Translations under genes and position numbers: made by a program
Part shown: one piece after another, positions 13,501 to 29,600 of the stretch
How the letters are laid out: each line of letters opens with the position of its first letter
Position numbering within the stretch: the first letter of the stretch is position 1
Assembly: GCA_964016885.1 (NCBI GenBank)
Contig: OZ024742.1
Span: 162,068,001-162,132,000, forward strand
DNA from: Eledone cirrhosa
Lineage: Eukaryota
Reading direction: 5' to 3'
Length of the DNA: 64,000 nt
Notes under the pieces: model-generated
Seen by the model: the letters and a program-made list of their open reading frames with translations, nothing else
Database searches by the model: none
What the model was told of the DNA's origin: nothing

Positions 13501-16500
13501 CAAACTAAACTACTAGCCTCTCTACAGACCCAAACTAAACTACTAGCCTCTCTACAGACCCAAACTAAACTACTAGCCTCTCTCCACAGACCCAAACTAA
13601 ACTACTAGCTCTCTACAGACCCAAACTAAATTACTAGCCTCTCAACAGACCCAAACTAAACTACTAGCTCTCTACAGACCCAAACTAAACTACTAGCTCT
13701 CAACAGACCCAAACTAAACTACTAGCTCTCTACAGACCCAAACTAAACTACTAGCTCTCTACAGACCCAAACTAAACTACTAGCCTCTCTCTACAGACCC
13801 AAACTAAATTACTAGCCTCTCTACAGACCCAAACTAAACTACTAGCTCTCCACAGACCCAAACTAAACTACTAGCTCTCTACAGACCCAAACTAAACTAC
13901 TAGCCTCAACAGACCCAAACTAAACTACTAGCTCTCTACAGACCCAAACTAAACTACTAGCTCTCAACAGACCCAAACTAAACTACTAGCTCTCAACAGA
14001 CCCAAACTAAACTACTAGCTCTCAACAGACCCAAACTAAACTACTAGCTCTCTACAGACCCAAACTAAACTACTAGCTCTCTACAGACCCAAACTAAACT
14101 ACTAGCCTCTCTACAGACCCAAACTAAACTACTAGCCTCTCTACAGACCCAAACTAAACTACTAGCCTCTCTACAGACCCAAACTAAACTACTAGCTCTC
14201 TACAGACCCAAACTAAACTACTAGCCTCCACAGACCCAAACTAAACTACTAGCTCTCAACAGACCCAAACTAAACTACTAGCTCTCTACAGACCCAAACT
14301 AAACTAGTAGCTCTCTACAGACCCAAACTAAACTACTAGCCTCTCTACAGACCCAAACTAAACTACTAGCTCTCTACAGACCCAAACTAAACTACTAGCC
14401 TCTCTACAGACCCAAACTAAACTACTAGCCTCTCCATAGACCCAAACTAAACTACTAGCTCTCTACAGACCCAAACTAAATTACTAGCCTCTCTACAGAC
14501 CCAAACTAAACTACTAGCTCTCTACAGACCCAAACTAAACTACTAGCCTCAACAAACCCAAACTAAACTACTAGCTCTCTACAGACCCAAACTAAACTAC
14601 TAGCTCTCTACAGACCCAAACTAAACTACTAGCTCTCTACAGACCCAAACTAAACTACTAGCTCTCTACAGACCCAAACTAAACTACTAGCCTCAACAGA
14701 CCCAAACTAAACTACTAGCCTCTACAGACCCAAACTAAACTACTAGTTCTCTACAGACCCAAACTAAACTACTAGCTCTCTACAGACCCAAACTAAACTA
14801 CTAGCTCTCTACAGACCCAAACTAAACTACTAGCCTCAACAGACCCAAACTAAACTACTAGCCTCAACAGACCCAAACTAAACTACTAGCTCTCTACAGA
14901 CCCAAACTAAACTGCTAGCTCTCAACAGACCCAAACTAAACTACTAGCTCTCTACAGACCCAAACTAAACTACTAGCTCTCTACAGACCCAAAAAAAAAC
15001 TACTAGCCCCAACAGACCCAAACTAAACTACTAGCTCTCAACAGATCCAAACTAAACTACTAGCTCTCTACAGACCCAAACTAAACTACTAGCCTCCACA
15101 GACCCAAAATAAACTACTAGCTCTCAACAGACCCAAACTAAACTACTAGCTCTCTACAGACCCAAACTAAACTACAAGCCTCCACAGACCCAAAATAAAC
15201 TACTAGCTCTCAACAGACCCAAACTAAACTACTAGCTCTCTACAGACCCAAACTAAACTACTAGCCTCTCTACAGACCCTAACTAAACTACTAGCCACCC
15301 TACAGACCCAAACTAAACTACTAGCCTCTCTCCACAGACCCAAACTAAACTACTAGCTCTCTACAGACCCAAACTAAATTACTAGCCTCTCTACAGACCC
15401 AAATTAAACTACTAGCTCTCTACAGACCCAAACTAAACTACTAGCTCTCAACAGACCCAAACTAAACTACTAGCTCTCTACAGACCCAAACTAAACTACT
15501 AGCCTCTCCACAGACCCAAACTAAACTACTAGCCTCTCTACAGACCCAAACTAAACTACTAGCCTCTCTCCACAGACCCAAACTAAACTACTAGCTCTCT
15601 ACAGACCCAAACTAAATTACTAGCCTCTCTACAGACCCAAACTAAACTACTAGCTCTCTACAGACCCAAACTAAACTACTAGCCTCAACAGACCCAAACT
15701 AAACTACTAGCTCTCTACAGACCCAAACTAAACTACTAGCTCTCTACAGACCCAAACTAAACTACTAGCTCTCTACAGACCCAAACTAAACTACTAGCTC
15801 TCTACAGACCCAAACTAAACTACTAGCCTCAACAGACCCAAACTAAACTACTAGCCTCTACAGACCCAAACTAAACTACTAGTTCTCTACAGACCCAAAC
15901 TAAACTACTAGCTCTCTACAGACCCAAACTAAACTACTAGCTCTCTACAGACCCAAACTAAACTACTAGCCTCAACAGACCCAAACTAAACTACTAGCTA
16001 TCTACAGACCCAAACTAAACTACTGGCCTCAACAGACCCAAACTAAACTACTAGCTCTCTACAGACCCAAACTAAACTGCTAGCTCTCAACAGACCCAAA
16101 CTAAACTACTAGCTCTCTACAGACCCAAACTAAACTACTAGCTCTCTACAGACCCAAACAAAACTACTAGCCTCAACAGACCCAAACTAAACTACTAGCT
16201 CTCAACAGACCCAAACTAAACTACTAGCTCTCAACAGACCCAAACTAAACTACTAGCTCTCAACAGACCCAAACTAAACTACTAGCTCTCTACAGACCCA
16301 AACTAAACTACTAGCCTCCACAGACCCAAAATAAACTACTAGCTCTCAACAGACCCAAACTAAACTACTAGCTCTCTACAGACCCAAACTAAACTACTAG
16401 CCTCCACAGACCCAAAATAAACTACTAGCTCTCAACAGACCCAAACTAAACTACTAGCTCTCTACAGACCCAAACTAAACTACTAGCCTCTCTACAGACC

Positions 16501-17299
16501 AAAACTAAACTACTAGCCTCTCTACAGACCAAAAATTAACTACTAGCCTCTCTACAGACCCAAACTAAACTACTAGCCTCTCTCCACAGACCCAAACTAA
16601 ACTACTAGCTCTCTACAGACCCAAACTAAATTACTAGCCTCTCTACAGACCCAAATTAAACTACTAGCTCTCTACAGACCCAAACTAAACTACTAGCTCT
16701 CAACAGACCCAAACTAAACTACTAGCTCTCTACAGACCCAAACTAAACTACTAGCCTCTCTACAGACCCAAACTAAACTACTAGCCTCTCTACAGACCCA
16801 AACTAAACTACTAGCTTCTCTACAGACCCAAACTAAACTACTAGCCTCTCTACAGACCCAAACTAAACTACTAGCCTCTCTCCACAGACCCAAACTAAAT
16901 TACTAGCTCTCTACAGACCCAAACTAAATTACTAGCCTCTCTACAGACCCAAACTAAACTACTAGCTCTCTACAGACCCAAACTAAACTACTAGCTCTCT
17001 ACAGACCCAAACTAAACTACTAGCTCTCTACAGACCCAAACTAAACTACTAGCCTCAACAGACCCAAACTAAACTACTAGCTCTCTACAGACCCAAACTA
17101 AACTACTAGCTCTCTACAGATCCAAACTAAACTACTAGCTCTCAACAGACCCAAACTAAACTACTAGCTCTCTACAGACCCAAACTAAACTACTAGCCTC
17201 AACAGACCCAAACTAAACTACTAGCTCTCTACAGACCCAAACTAAACTACTAGCTCTCTACAGACCCAAACTAAACTACTAGCCTCCACAGACCCAAAC

Positions 17300-20200
17300 T
17301 AAACTACTAGCTGTCAACAGACCCAAACTAAACTACTAGACTCTCTACAGACCCAAACTAAACTACTAGACTCTCTACAGACCCAAACTAAACTACTAGC
17401 CTCTCTACAGACCCAAACTAAACTACTAGCCTCTCTACAGACCCAAACTAAACTACTAGCCTCTCTCCACAGACCCAAACTAAACTACTAGCTCACTACA
17501 GACCCAAACTAAATTACTAGCCTCTCTACAGACCCAAACTAAACTACTAGCTCTCTACAGACCCAAACTAAACTACTAGCTCTCAACAGACCCAAACTAA
17601 ACTACTAGCTCTCTACAGACCCAAACTAAACTACTAGCTCTCTACAGACCCAAACTAAACTACTAGCCTCTCTCTACAGACCCAAACTAAATTACTAGCC
17701 TCTCTCTACAGACCCAAACTAAATTACTAGCCTCTCTCTACAGACCCAAACTAAATTACTAGCCTCTCTACAGACCCAAACTAAACTACTAGCTCTCTAC
17801 AGACCCAAACTAAACTACTAGCCCTCTACAGACCCAAACTAAACTACTAGCCTCAAGAGACCCAAACTAAACTACTAGCTCTCTACAGACCCAAACTAAA
17901 CTGCTAGCTCTCTACAGACCCAAACTAAACTACTAGCCTCAACAGACCCAAACTAAACTACTAGCTCTCTACAGACCCAAACTAAACTGCTAGCTCTCAA
18001 CAGACCCAAACTAAACTACTAGCTCTCTACAGACCCAAACTAAACTACTAGCTCTCTACAGACCCAAACTAAACTACTAGCCTCAACAGATCCAAACTAA
18101 ACTACTAGCTCTCAACAGACCCAAACTAAACTACTAGCTCTCTAAAGACCCAAACTAAACTACAAGCCTCCACAGACCCAAAATAAACTACTAGCTCTCA
18201 ACAGACCCAAACTAAACTACTAGCTCTCTACAGACCCAAACTAAACTACTAGCCTCCACAGACCCAAAATAAACTACTAGCTCTCAACAGACCCAAACTA
18301 AACTACTAGCTCTCTACAGACCCAAACTAAACTACTAGCCTCTCTACAGACCAAAACTAAACTACTAGCCTCTCTACAGACCCAAACTAAACTACTAGCC
18401 TCTCTCCACAGACCCAAACTAAACTACTAGCTCTCTACAGACCCAAACTAAACTACTAGCCTCCACAGACCCAAACTAAACTACTAGCCTCCACAGACCC
18501 AAACTAAACTACTAGCTCTCAACAGACCCAAACTAAACTACTAACTCTCAACAGACCCAAACTAAACTACTAGCTCTCTACAGACCCAAACTAAACTACT
18601 AGCCTCTCTACAGACCCAAACTAAACTACTAGCCTCTCTACAGACCCAAACTAAACTACTAGCCTCTCTCTACAGACCCAAACTAAACTACTAGCTCTCT
18701 ACAGACCCAAACTAAATTACTAGCCTCTCTACAGACCCAAACTAAACTACTAGCTCTCTATAGACCCAAACTAAACTACTAGCTCTCAACAGACCCAAAC
18801 TAAACTACTAGCTCTCTACAGACCCAAACTAAACTACTAGCCTCTCTCCACAGACCCAAACTAAACTACTAGCTCTCTACAGACCCAAACTAAATTACTA
18901 GCCTCTCTACAGACACAAACTTAACTACTAGCTCTCTACAGACCCAAACTAAACTACTAGCTCTCTACAGACCCAAACTAAACTACTAGCCTCTCTCTAC
19001 AGACCCAAACTAAATTACTAGCCTCTCTCTACAGACCCAAACTAAACTACTAGCCTCAACAGACCCAAACTAAACTACTAGCTCTCTACAGACCCAAACT
19101 AAACTGCTAGCTCTCAACAGACCCAAACTAAATTACAAGCCTCTCTACAGACCCAAACTAAACTACTAGCTCTCTACAGACCCAAACTAAACTACTAGCC
19201 CTCTACAGACCGAAACAAAACTACTAGCCTCAACAGACCCAAACTAAACTACTAGCTCTCTACAGACCCAAACTAAACTACTAGCTCTCAACAGACCCAA
19301 ACTAAACTACTAGCTCTCTACAGACCCAAACTAAACTACTAGCTCTCTACAGACCCAAACTAAACTACTAGCTCTCTACAGACCCAAACTAAACTACTAG
19401 CTCTCTACAGACCCAAACTAAACTACTAGCCTCAACAGACCCAAACTAAACTACTAACTCTCTACAGACCCAACCTAAACTACTAGCTCTCTACAGACCC
19501 AAACTAAACTACTAGCTCTCTACAGACCCAAACTAAACTACTAGCTTCTCTACAGACCCAAATTAAACTACTAGCCTCTCTACAGACCCAAACTAAACTA
19601 CTAGCCTCCACAGACCCAAAATAAACTACTAGCTCTCTACAGACCCAAACTAAACTACTAGCCTCAACAGACCCAAACTAAACTACTAGCCTCTCTACAG
19701 ACCAAAACTAAACTACTAGCCTCTCTACAGACCCAAACTAAACTACTAGCCTCTCTCCACAGACCCAAACTAAACTACTAGCTCTCTACAGACCCAAACT
19801 AAATTACTAGCCTCTCTACAGACCCAAATTAAACTACTAGCTCTCTACAGACCCAAACTAAACTACTAGCTCTCAACAGACCCAAACTAAACTACTAGCT
19901 CTCTACAGACCCAAACTAAACTACTAGCCTCTCTACAGACCGAAACTAAACTACTAGCCTCTCTACAGACCCAAACTAAACTACTAGCCTCTCTACAGAC
20001 CCAAACTAAACTACTAGCCTCTCTCCACAGACCCAAACTAAATTACTAGGCTCTCTACAGACCCAAACTAAATTACTAGGCTCTCTACAGACCCAAACTA
20101 AACTACTAGCTCTCTACAGACCCAAACTAAACTACTAGCTCTCAACAGACCCAAACTAAACTACTAGCTCTCTACAGACCCAAACTAAACTACTAGCTCT

Positions 20201-23200
20201 CTACAGACCCAAACTAAACTACTAGCCTCAACAGACCCAAACTAAACTACTAGCTCTCTACAGACCCAAACTAAACTACTAGCTCTCTACAGACCCAAAC
20301 TAAACTACTAGCCTCCACAGACCCAAACTAAACTACTAGCTCTCAACAGACCCAAACTAAACTACTAGCTCTCTACAGACCCAAACTAAACTACTAGCCT
20401 CCACAGACCCAAAATAAACTACTAGCTCTCAACAGACCCAAACTAAACTACTAGCTCTCTACAGACCCAAACTAAACTACTAGCCTCCACAGACCCAAAC
20501 TAAACTACTAGCTCTCAACAGACCCAAACTAAAGTACTAGCTCTCTACAGACCCAAACTAAACTACTAGACTCTCTACAGACCCAAACTAAACTACTAGC
20601 CTCTCTACAGACCCAAACTAAACTACTAGCCTCTCTACAGACCCAAACTAAACTACTAGCCTCTCTCCACAGACCCAAACTAAACTACTAGCTCACTACA
20701 GACCCAAACTAAATTACTAGCCTCTCTACAGACCCAAACTAAACTACTAGCTCTCTACAGACCCAAACTAAACTACTAGCTCTCAACAGACCCAAACTAA
20801 ACTACTAGCTCTCTACAGACCCAAACTAAACTACTAGCTCTCTACAGACCCAAACTAAACTACTAGCCTCTCTCTACAGACCCAAACTAAATTACTAGCC
20901 TCTCTCTACAGACCAAAACTAAATTAATAGCCTCTCTACAGACCCAAACTAAACTACTAGCTCTCTACAGACCCAAACTAAACTACTAGCCCTCTACAGA
21001 CCCAAACTAAACTACTAGCCTCAAGAGACCCAAACTAAACTACTAGCTCTCTACAGACCCAAACTAAACTACTAGCTCTCTACAGACCCAAACTAAACTA
21101 CTAGCCTCAACAGACCCAAACTAAACTACTAGCTCTCTACAGACCCAAACTAAACTGCTAGCTCTCAACAGACCCAAACTAAACTACTAGCTCTCTACAG
21201 ACCCAAACTAAACTACTAGCTCTCTACAGACCCAAACTAAACTACTAGCCTCAACAGATCCAAACTAAACTACTAGCTCTCAACAGACCCAAACTAAACT
21301 ACTAGCTCTCTAAAGACCCAAACTAAACTACAAGCCTCCACAGACCCAAAATAAACTACTAGCTCTCAACAGACCCAAACTAAACTACTAGCTCTCTACA
21401 GACCCAAACTAAACTACTAGCCTCCACAGACCCAAAATAAACTACTAGCTCTCTACAGACCCAAACTAAACTACTAGCCTCTCTACAGACCAAAACTAAA
21501 CTACTAGCCTCTCTACAGACCAAAACTAAACTACTAGCCTCTCTACAGACCCAAACTAAACTACTAGCCTCTCTCCACAGACCCAAACTAAACTACTAGC
21601 TCTCTACAGACCCAAACTAAACTACTAGCCTCCACAGACCCAAACTAAACTACTAGCCTCCACAGACCCAAACTAAACTACTAGCTCTCAACAGACCCAA
21701 ACTAAACTACTAGCTCTCAACAGACCCAAACTAAACTACTAGCTCTCTACAGACCCAAACTAAACTACTAGCCTCTCTACAGACCCAAACTAAACTACTA
21801 GCCTCTCTACAGACCCAAACTAAACTACTAGCCTCACTCTACAGACCCAAACTAAACTTCTAGCTCTCTACAGACCCAAACTAAATTACTAGCCTCTCTA
21901 CAGACCCAAACTAAACTACTAGCTCTCTATAGACCCAAACTAAACTACTAGCTCTCAACAGACCCAAACTAAACTACTAGCTCTCTACAGACCCAAACTA
22001 AACTACTAGCCTCTCTCCACAGACCCAAACTAAACTACTAGCTCTCTACAGACCCAAACTAAATTACTAGCCTCTCTACAGACACAAACTTAACTACTAG
22101 CTCTCTACAGACCCAAACTAAACTACTAGCTCTCTACAGACCCAAACTAAACTACTAGCCTCTCTCTACAGACCCAAACTAAATTACTAGCCTCTCTCTA
22201 CAGACCCAAACTAAACTACTAGCCTCAACAGACCCAAACTAAACTACTAGCTCTCTACAGACCCAAACTAAACTGCTAGCTCTCAACAGACCCAAACTAA
22301 ATTACAAGCCTCTCTACAGACCCAAACTAAACTACTAGCTCTCTACAGACCCAAACTAAACTACTAGCCCTCTACAGACCGAAACAAAACTACTAGCCTC
22401 AACAGACCCAAACTAAACTACTAGCTCTCTACAGACCCAAACTAAACTACTAGCTCTCAACAGACCCAAACTAAACTACTAGCTCTCTACAGACCCAAAC
22501 TAAACTACTAGCTCTCTACAGACCCAAACTAAACTACTAGCTCTCTACAGACCCAAACTAAACTACTAGCTCTCTACAGACCCAAACTAAACTACTAGCC
22601 TCAACAGACCCAAACTAAACTACTAACTCTCTACAGACCCAACCTAAACTACTAGCTCTCTACAGACCCAAACTAAACTACTAGCTCTCTACAGACCCAA
22701 ATTAAACTACTAGCCTCTCTACAGACCCAAACTAAACTACTAGCCTCCACAGACCCAAAATAAACTACTAGCTCTCTACAGACCCAAACTAAACTACTAG
22801 CCTCAACAGACCCAAACTAAACTACTAGCCTCTCTACAGACCAAAACTAAACTACTAGCCTCTCTACAGACCCAAACTAAACTACTAGCCTCTCTCCACA
22901 GACCCAAACTAAACTACTAGCTCTCTACAGACCCAAACTAAATTACTAGCCTCTCTACAGACCCAAATTAAACTACTAGCTCTCTACAGACCCAAACTAA
23001 ACTACTAGCTCTCAACAGACCCAAACTAAACTACTAGCTCTCTACAGACCCAAACTAAACTACTAGCCTCTCTACAGACCGAAACTAAACTACTAGCCTC
23101 TCTACAGACCCAAACTAAACTACTAGCCTCTCTACAGACCCAAACTAAACTACTAGCCTCTCTCCACAGACCCAAACTAAATTACTAGGCTCTCTACAGA

Positions 23201-23650
23201 CCCAAACTAAATTACTAGGCTCTCTACAGACCCAAACTAAACTACTAGCTCTCTACAGACCCAAACTAAACTACTAGCTCTCAACAGACCCAAACTAAAC
23301 TACTAGCTCTCTACAGACCCAAACTAAACTACTAGCTCTCTACAGACCCAAACTAAACTACTAGCCTCAACAGACCCAAACTAAACTACTAGCTCTCTAC
23401 AGACCCAAACTAAACTACTAGCTCTCTACAGACCCAAACTAAACTACTAGCCTCCACAGACCCAAACTAAACTACTAGCTCTCAACAGACCCAAACTAAA
23501 CTACTAGCTCTCTACAGACCCAAACTAAACTACTAGCCTCCACAGACCCAAAATAAACTACTAGCTCTCAACAGACCCAAACTAAACTACTAGCTCTCTA
23601 CAGACCCAAACTAAACTACTAGCCTCCACAGACCCAAAATAAACTACTAG
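17300..23650 (+). repeat. Higher-order tandem duplication, offset ~3140-3200 bp; boundaries approximate
   Basis: Marker pairs GCTCACTACA (17491/20691), TCAAGAGA (17853/21021), TACAAG (18161/21329), AACCTAAAC (19472/22641), TAGG (20047/23186). Confidence 0.85.
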
Positions 23651-26600
23651 CTCTCAACAGACCCAAACTAAACTACTAGCTCTCTACAGACCCAAACTAA
23701 ACTACTAGCCTCTCTACAGACCCAAACTAAACTACTAGCCTCTCTCCACAGACCCAAACTAAACTACTAGCTCTCTACAGACCCAAACTAAATTACTAGC
23801 CTCTCTACAGACCCAAATTAAACTACTAGCTCTCTACAGACCCAAACTAAACTACTAGCTCTCAACAGACCCAAACTAAACTACTAGCTCTCTACAGACC
23901 CAAACTAAACTACTAGCCTCTCTACAGACCAAAACTAAACTACTAGCCTCTCTACAGACCCAAACTAAACTACTAGCCTCTCTACAGACCCAAACTAAAC
24001 TACTAGCCTCTCTACAGACCCAAACTAAACTACAAGCCTCTCTCCACAGACCCAAACTAAATTACTAGCTCTCTACAGACCCAAACTAAATTACTAGCCT
24101 CTCTACAGACCCAAACTAAACTACTAGCTCTCTACAGACCCAAACTAAACTACTAGCCTCTCTACAGACCAAAACTAAACTACTAGCCTCTCTACAGACC
24201 CAAACTAAACTACTAGCCTCTCTCCACAGACCCAAACTAAACTACTAGCTCTCTACAGACCCAAACTAAACTACTAGCTGTCTACAGACCCAAACTAAAC
24301 TACTAGCCTCCACAGACCCAAACTAAACTACTAGCCTCGACAGACCCAAACTAAACTACTAGCTCTCAACAGACCCAAACTAAACTACTAGCTCTCTACA
24401 GACCCAAACTAAATTACTAGCCTCTCTACAGACACAAACTTAACTACTAGCTCTCTACAGACCCAAACTAAACTACTAGCTCTCTACAGACCCAAACTAA
24501 ACTACTAGCTCTCTACAGACCCAAACTAAACTAGTAGCCTCTCTCTACAGACCCAAACTAAATTACTAGCCTCTCTCTACAGACCCAAACTAAATTACAA
24601 GCCTCTCTACAGACCCAAACTAAATTACAAGCCTCTCTACAGACCCAAACTAAACTACTAGCTCTCTACAGACCCAAACTAAACTACTAGCCCTCTACAG
24701 ACCGAAACAAAATTACTAGCCTCAACAGACCCAAACTAAACTACTAGCTCTCTACAGACCCAAACTAAACTACTAGCTCTCAACTGACCCAAACTAAACT
24801 ACTAGCTCTCTACAGACCCAAACTAAACTACTAGCTCTCTACAGACCCAAACTAAATTACTAGCTCTCTACAGACCCAAACTAAACTACTAGCTCTCTAC
24901 AGACCCAAACTAAACTACTAGCCTCAACAGACCCAAACTAAACTACTAGCCTCTCTACAGACCCAAACTAAACTACTAGCCTCTCTCCACAGACCCAAAC
25001 TAAACTACTAGCTCTCTACAGACCCAAACTAAATTACTAGCCTCTCTACAGACCCAAACTAAACTACTAGCTCTCTACAGACCCAAACTAAACTACTAGC
25101 TCTCTACAGACCCAAACTAAACTACTAGCTCTCTACAGACCCAAACTAAACTACTAGCTCTCTACAGACCCAAACTAAATTACTAGCCTCTCTACAGACC
25201 CAAACTAAACTACTAGCTCTCTACAGACCCAAACTAAACTACTAGCCTCTCTCCACAGACCCAAACTAAACTACTAGCTCTCTACAGACCCAAACTAAAT
25301 TACTAGCCTCTCTACAGACCCAAACTAAACTACTAGCTCTCTACAGACCCAAACTAAACTACTAGCTCTCTACAGACCCAAACTAAACTACTAGCTCTCT
25401 ACAGACCCAAACTAAACTACTAGCTCTCTACAGACCCAAACTAAATTACTAGCTTCTCAACAGACCCAAACTAAACTACTAGCTCTCTACAGACCCAAAC
25501 TAAACTACTAGCTCTCTACAGACCCAAACTAAACTACTAGCCTCTCTCTACAGACCCAAACTATATTACTAGCCTCTCTCTACAGACCCAAACTAAATTA
25601 CTAGCCTCTCTACAGACCCAAACTAAACTACTAGCTCTCTACAGACCCAAACTAAACTACTAGCCCTCTACAGACCCAAACTAAACTACTAGCCTCAACA
25701 GACCCAAACTAAACTACTAGCTCTCTACAGACCCAAACTAAACTACTAGCTCTCTACAGACCCAAACTAAACTACTAGCCTCAACAGACCCAAACTAAAC
25801 TACTAGCTCTCTACAGACCCAAACTAAACTTCTAGCTCTCAACAGACCCAAACTAAACTACTAGCTCTCTACAGACCCAAACTAAACTACTAGCTCTCTA
25901 CAGACCCAAACTAAACTACTAGCTCTCTACAGACCCAAACTAAACTACTAGCCTCAACAGATCCAAACTAAACTACTAGCTCTCAACAGACCCAAACTAA
26001 ACTACTAGCTCTCTAAAGACCCAAACTAAACTACTAGCCTCCACAGACCCAAAATAAACTACTAGCTCTCAACAGACCCAAACTAAACTACTAGCTCTCT
26101 ACAGACCCAAACTAAACTACTAGCCTCCACAGACCCAAAATAAACTACTAGCTCTCAACAGACCCAAACTAAACTACTAGCTCTCTACAGACCCAAACTA
26201 AACTACTAGCCTCTCTACAGACCAAAACTAAACTACTAGCCTCTCTACAGACCCAAACTAAACTACTAGCCTCTCTCCACAGACCCAAACTAAACTACTA
26301 GCTCTCTACAGAACCAAACTAAACTACTAGCTCTCTACAGACCCAAACTAAACTACTAGCCTCCACAGACCCAAACTAAACTACTAGCTCTCAACAGACC
26401 CAAACTAAACTACTAGCTCTCAACAGACCCAAACTAAACTACTAGCTCTCAACAGACCCAAACTAAACTACTAGCTCTCTACAGACCCAAACTAAACTAC
26501 TAGCTTCTCTACAGACCCAAACTAAACTACTAGCCTCTCTACAGACCCAAACTAAACTACTAGCCTCTCTCCACAGACCCAAACTAAACTACTAGCTCTC

Positions 26601-26659
26601 TACAGACCCAAACTAAATTACTAGCCTCTCTACAGACCCAAACTAAACTACTAGCTCTC

Positions 26660-29600
26660 TACAGACCCAAACTAAACTACTATCTCTCAACAGACCCAAA
26701 CTAAACTACTAGCTCTCTACAGACCCAAACTAAACTACTAGCCTCTCTCCACAGACCCAAACTAAACTACTAGCTCTCTACAGACCCAAACTAAATTACT
26801 AGCCTCTCTACAGACACAAACTTAACTACTAGCTCTCTACAGACCCAAACTAAACTACTAGCTCTCTACAGACCCAAACTAAACTACTAGCTCTCTACAG
26901 ACCCAAACTAAACTACTAGCCTCTCTCTACAGACCCAAACTAAATTACTAGCCTCTCTCTACAGACCCAAACTAAATTACAAGCCTCTCTACAGACCCAA
27001 ACTAAACTACTAGCTCTCTACAGACCCAAACTAAACTACTAGCCCTCTACAGACCCAAACTAAACTACTAGCCTCAACAGACCCAAACTAAACTACTAGC
27101 TCTCTACAGACCCAAAGTAAACTACTAGCTCTCAACAGACCCAAACTAAACTACTAGCTCTCTACAGACCCAAACTAAACTACTAGCTCTCTACAGACCC
27201 AAACTAAACTACTAGCCCTCTACAGACCCAAACTAAACTACTAGCTCTCTACAGACCCAAACTAAACTACTAGCGTCAACAGACCCAAACTAAACTACTA
27301 GCTCTCTACAGACCCAAACTAAACTACTAGCTCTCTACAGACCCAAACTAAACTACTAGCTCTCTACAGACCCAAACTAAACTACTAGCTTCTCTACAGA
27401 CCCAAATTAAACTACTAGCCTCTCTACAGACCCAAACTAAACTACTAGCCTCCACAAACCCAAAATAAACTACTAGCTCTCTACAGACCCAAACTAAACT
27501 ACTAGCCTCAACAGACCCAAACTAAACTACTAGCCTCTCTACAGACCAAAACTAAACTACTAGCCTCTCTACAGATCCAAACTAAACTACTAGCCTCTCT
27601 ACACAGACCCAAACTAAACTACTAGCTCTCTACAGACCCAAATTAAATTACTAGCCTCTCTACAGACCCAAATTAAACTACTAGCTCTCTACAGACCCAA
27701 ACTAAACTACTAGCTCTCAACAGACCCAAACTAAACTACTAGCTCTCTACAGACCCAAACTAAACTACTAGCCTCTCTACAGAACGAAACTAAACTACTA
27801 GCCTCTCTACAGACCCAAACTAAACTACTAGCCTCTCTACAGACCCAAACTAAACTACTAGCCTCTCTCCACAGACCCAAACTAAATTACTAGCTCTCTA
27901 CAGACCCAAACTAAATTACTAGGCTCTCTACAGACCCAAACTAAACTACTAGCTCTCTACAGACCCAAACTAAACTACTAGCTCTCTACAGACCCAAACT
28001 AAACTACTAGCCTCAACAGACCCAAACTAAACTACTAGCTCTCTACAGACCCAAACTAAACTACTAGCTCTCTACAGACCCAAACTAAACTACTAGCTCT
28101 CAACAGACCCAAACTAAACTACTAGCTCTCTACAGACCCAAACTAAACTACTAGCTCTCTACAGACCCAAACTAAACTACTAGCCTCAACAGACCCAAAC
28201 TAAACTACTAGCTCTCTACAGACCCAAACTAAACTACTAGCTCTCTACAGACCCAAACTAAACTACTAGCCTCCACAGACCCAAACTAAACTACTAGCTC
28301 TCTACAGACCCAAACTAAACTACTAGCCTCTCTACAGACCCAAACTAAACTACTAGCCTCTCTACAGACCCAAACTAAACTACTAGCCTCTCTACAGACC
28401 CAAACTAAACTACTAGCCTCTCTCCACAGACCCAAACTAAACTACTAGCTATATACAGACCCAAACTAAATTACTAGCCTCTCTACAGACCCAAACTAAA
28501 CTACTAGCTCTCTACAGACCCAAACTAAACTACTAGCTCTCTACAGACCCAAACTAAACTACTAGCTCTCTACAGACCCAAACTAAATTACTAGCCTCTC
28601 TACAGACCCAAACTAAACTATTAGCTCTCTACAGACCCAAACTAAACTACTAGCTCTCAACAGACCCAAACTAAACTACTAGCTCTCTACAGACCCAAAC
28701 TAAACTACTAGCTCTCTACAGACCCAAACTAAACTACTAGCCTCTCTCTACAGACCCAAACTAAATTACTAGCCTCTCTCTACAGACCCAAACTAAATTA
28801 CTAGCCTCTCTACAGACCCAAACTAAACTACTAGCTCTCTACAGACCAAAACTAAACTACTAGCCCTCTACAGACCCAAACTAAACTACTAGCCTCAACA
28901 GACCCAAACTAAACTACTAGCTCTCTACAGACCCAAACTAAACTACTAGCCTCCACAGACCCAAAATAAAGTACTAGCTCTCAACAGACCCAAACTAAAC
29001 TACTAGCTCTCTACAGACCCAAACTAAACTACTAGCCTCTCTACAGACCAAAACTAAACTACTAGCCTCTCTACAGACCCAAACTAAACTACTAGCCTCT
29101 CTCCACAGACCCAAACTAAACTACTAGCTCTCTACAGACCCAAACTAAACTACTAGCCTCCACAGACCCAAACTAAACTACTAGCCTCCACAGACCCAAA
29201 CTAAACTACTAGCCTCCACAGACCCAAACTAAACTACTAGCTCTCAACAGACCCAAACTAAACTACTAGCTCTCTACAGACCCAAACTAAACTACTAGCT
29301 CTCTACAGACCCAAACTAAACTACTAGCTCTCTACAGACCCAAACTAAACTACTAGCCTCTCTCTACAGACCCAAACTAAATTACTAGCCTCTCTCTACA
29401 GACCCAAACTAAATTACAAGTCTCTCTACAGACCCAAACTAAACTACTAGCTCTCTACAGACCCAAACTAAACTACTAGCCCTCTACAGACCGAAACAAA
29501 ATTACTAGCCTCAACAGACCCAAACTAAACTACTAGCTCTCTACAGACCCAAACTAAACTACTAGCTCTCAACAGACCCAAACTAAACTACTAGCTCTCT

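Noticed and set aside
21380-21586. 68-aa ORF with repeating VCREASSLVW/L peptide
   Set aside because: Chance open frame through a run of mostly 30-bp satellite monomers; non-ATG start and no gene context.
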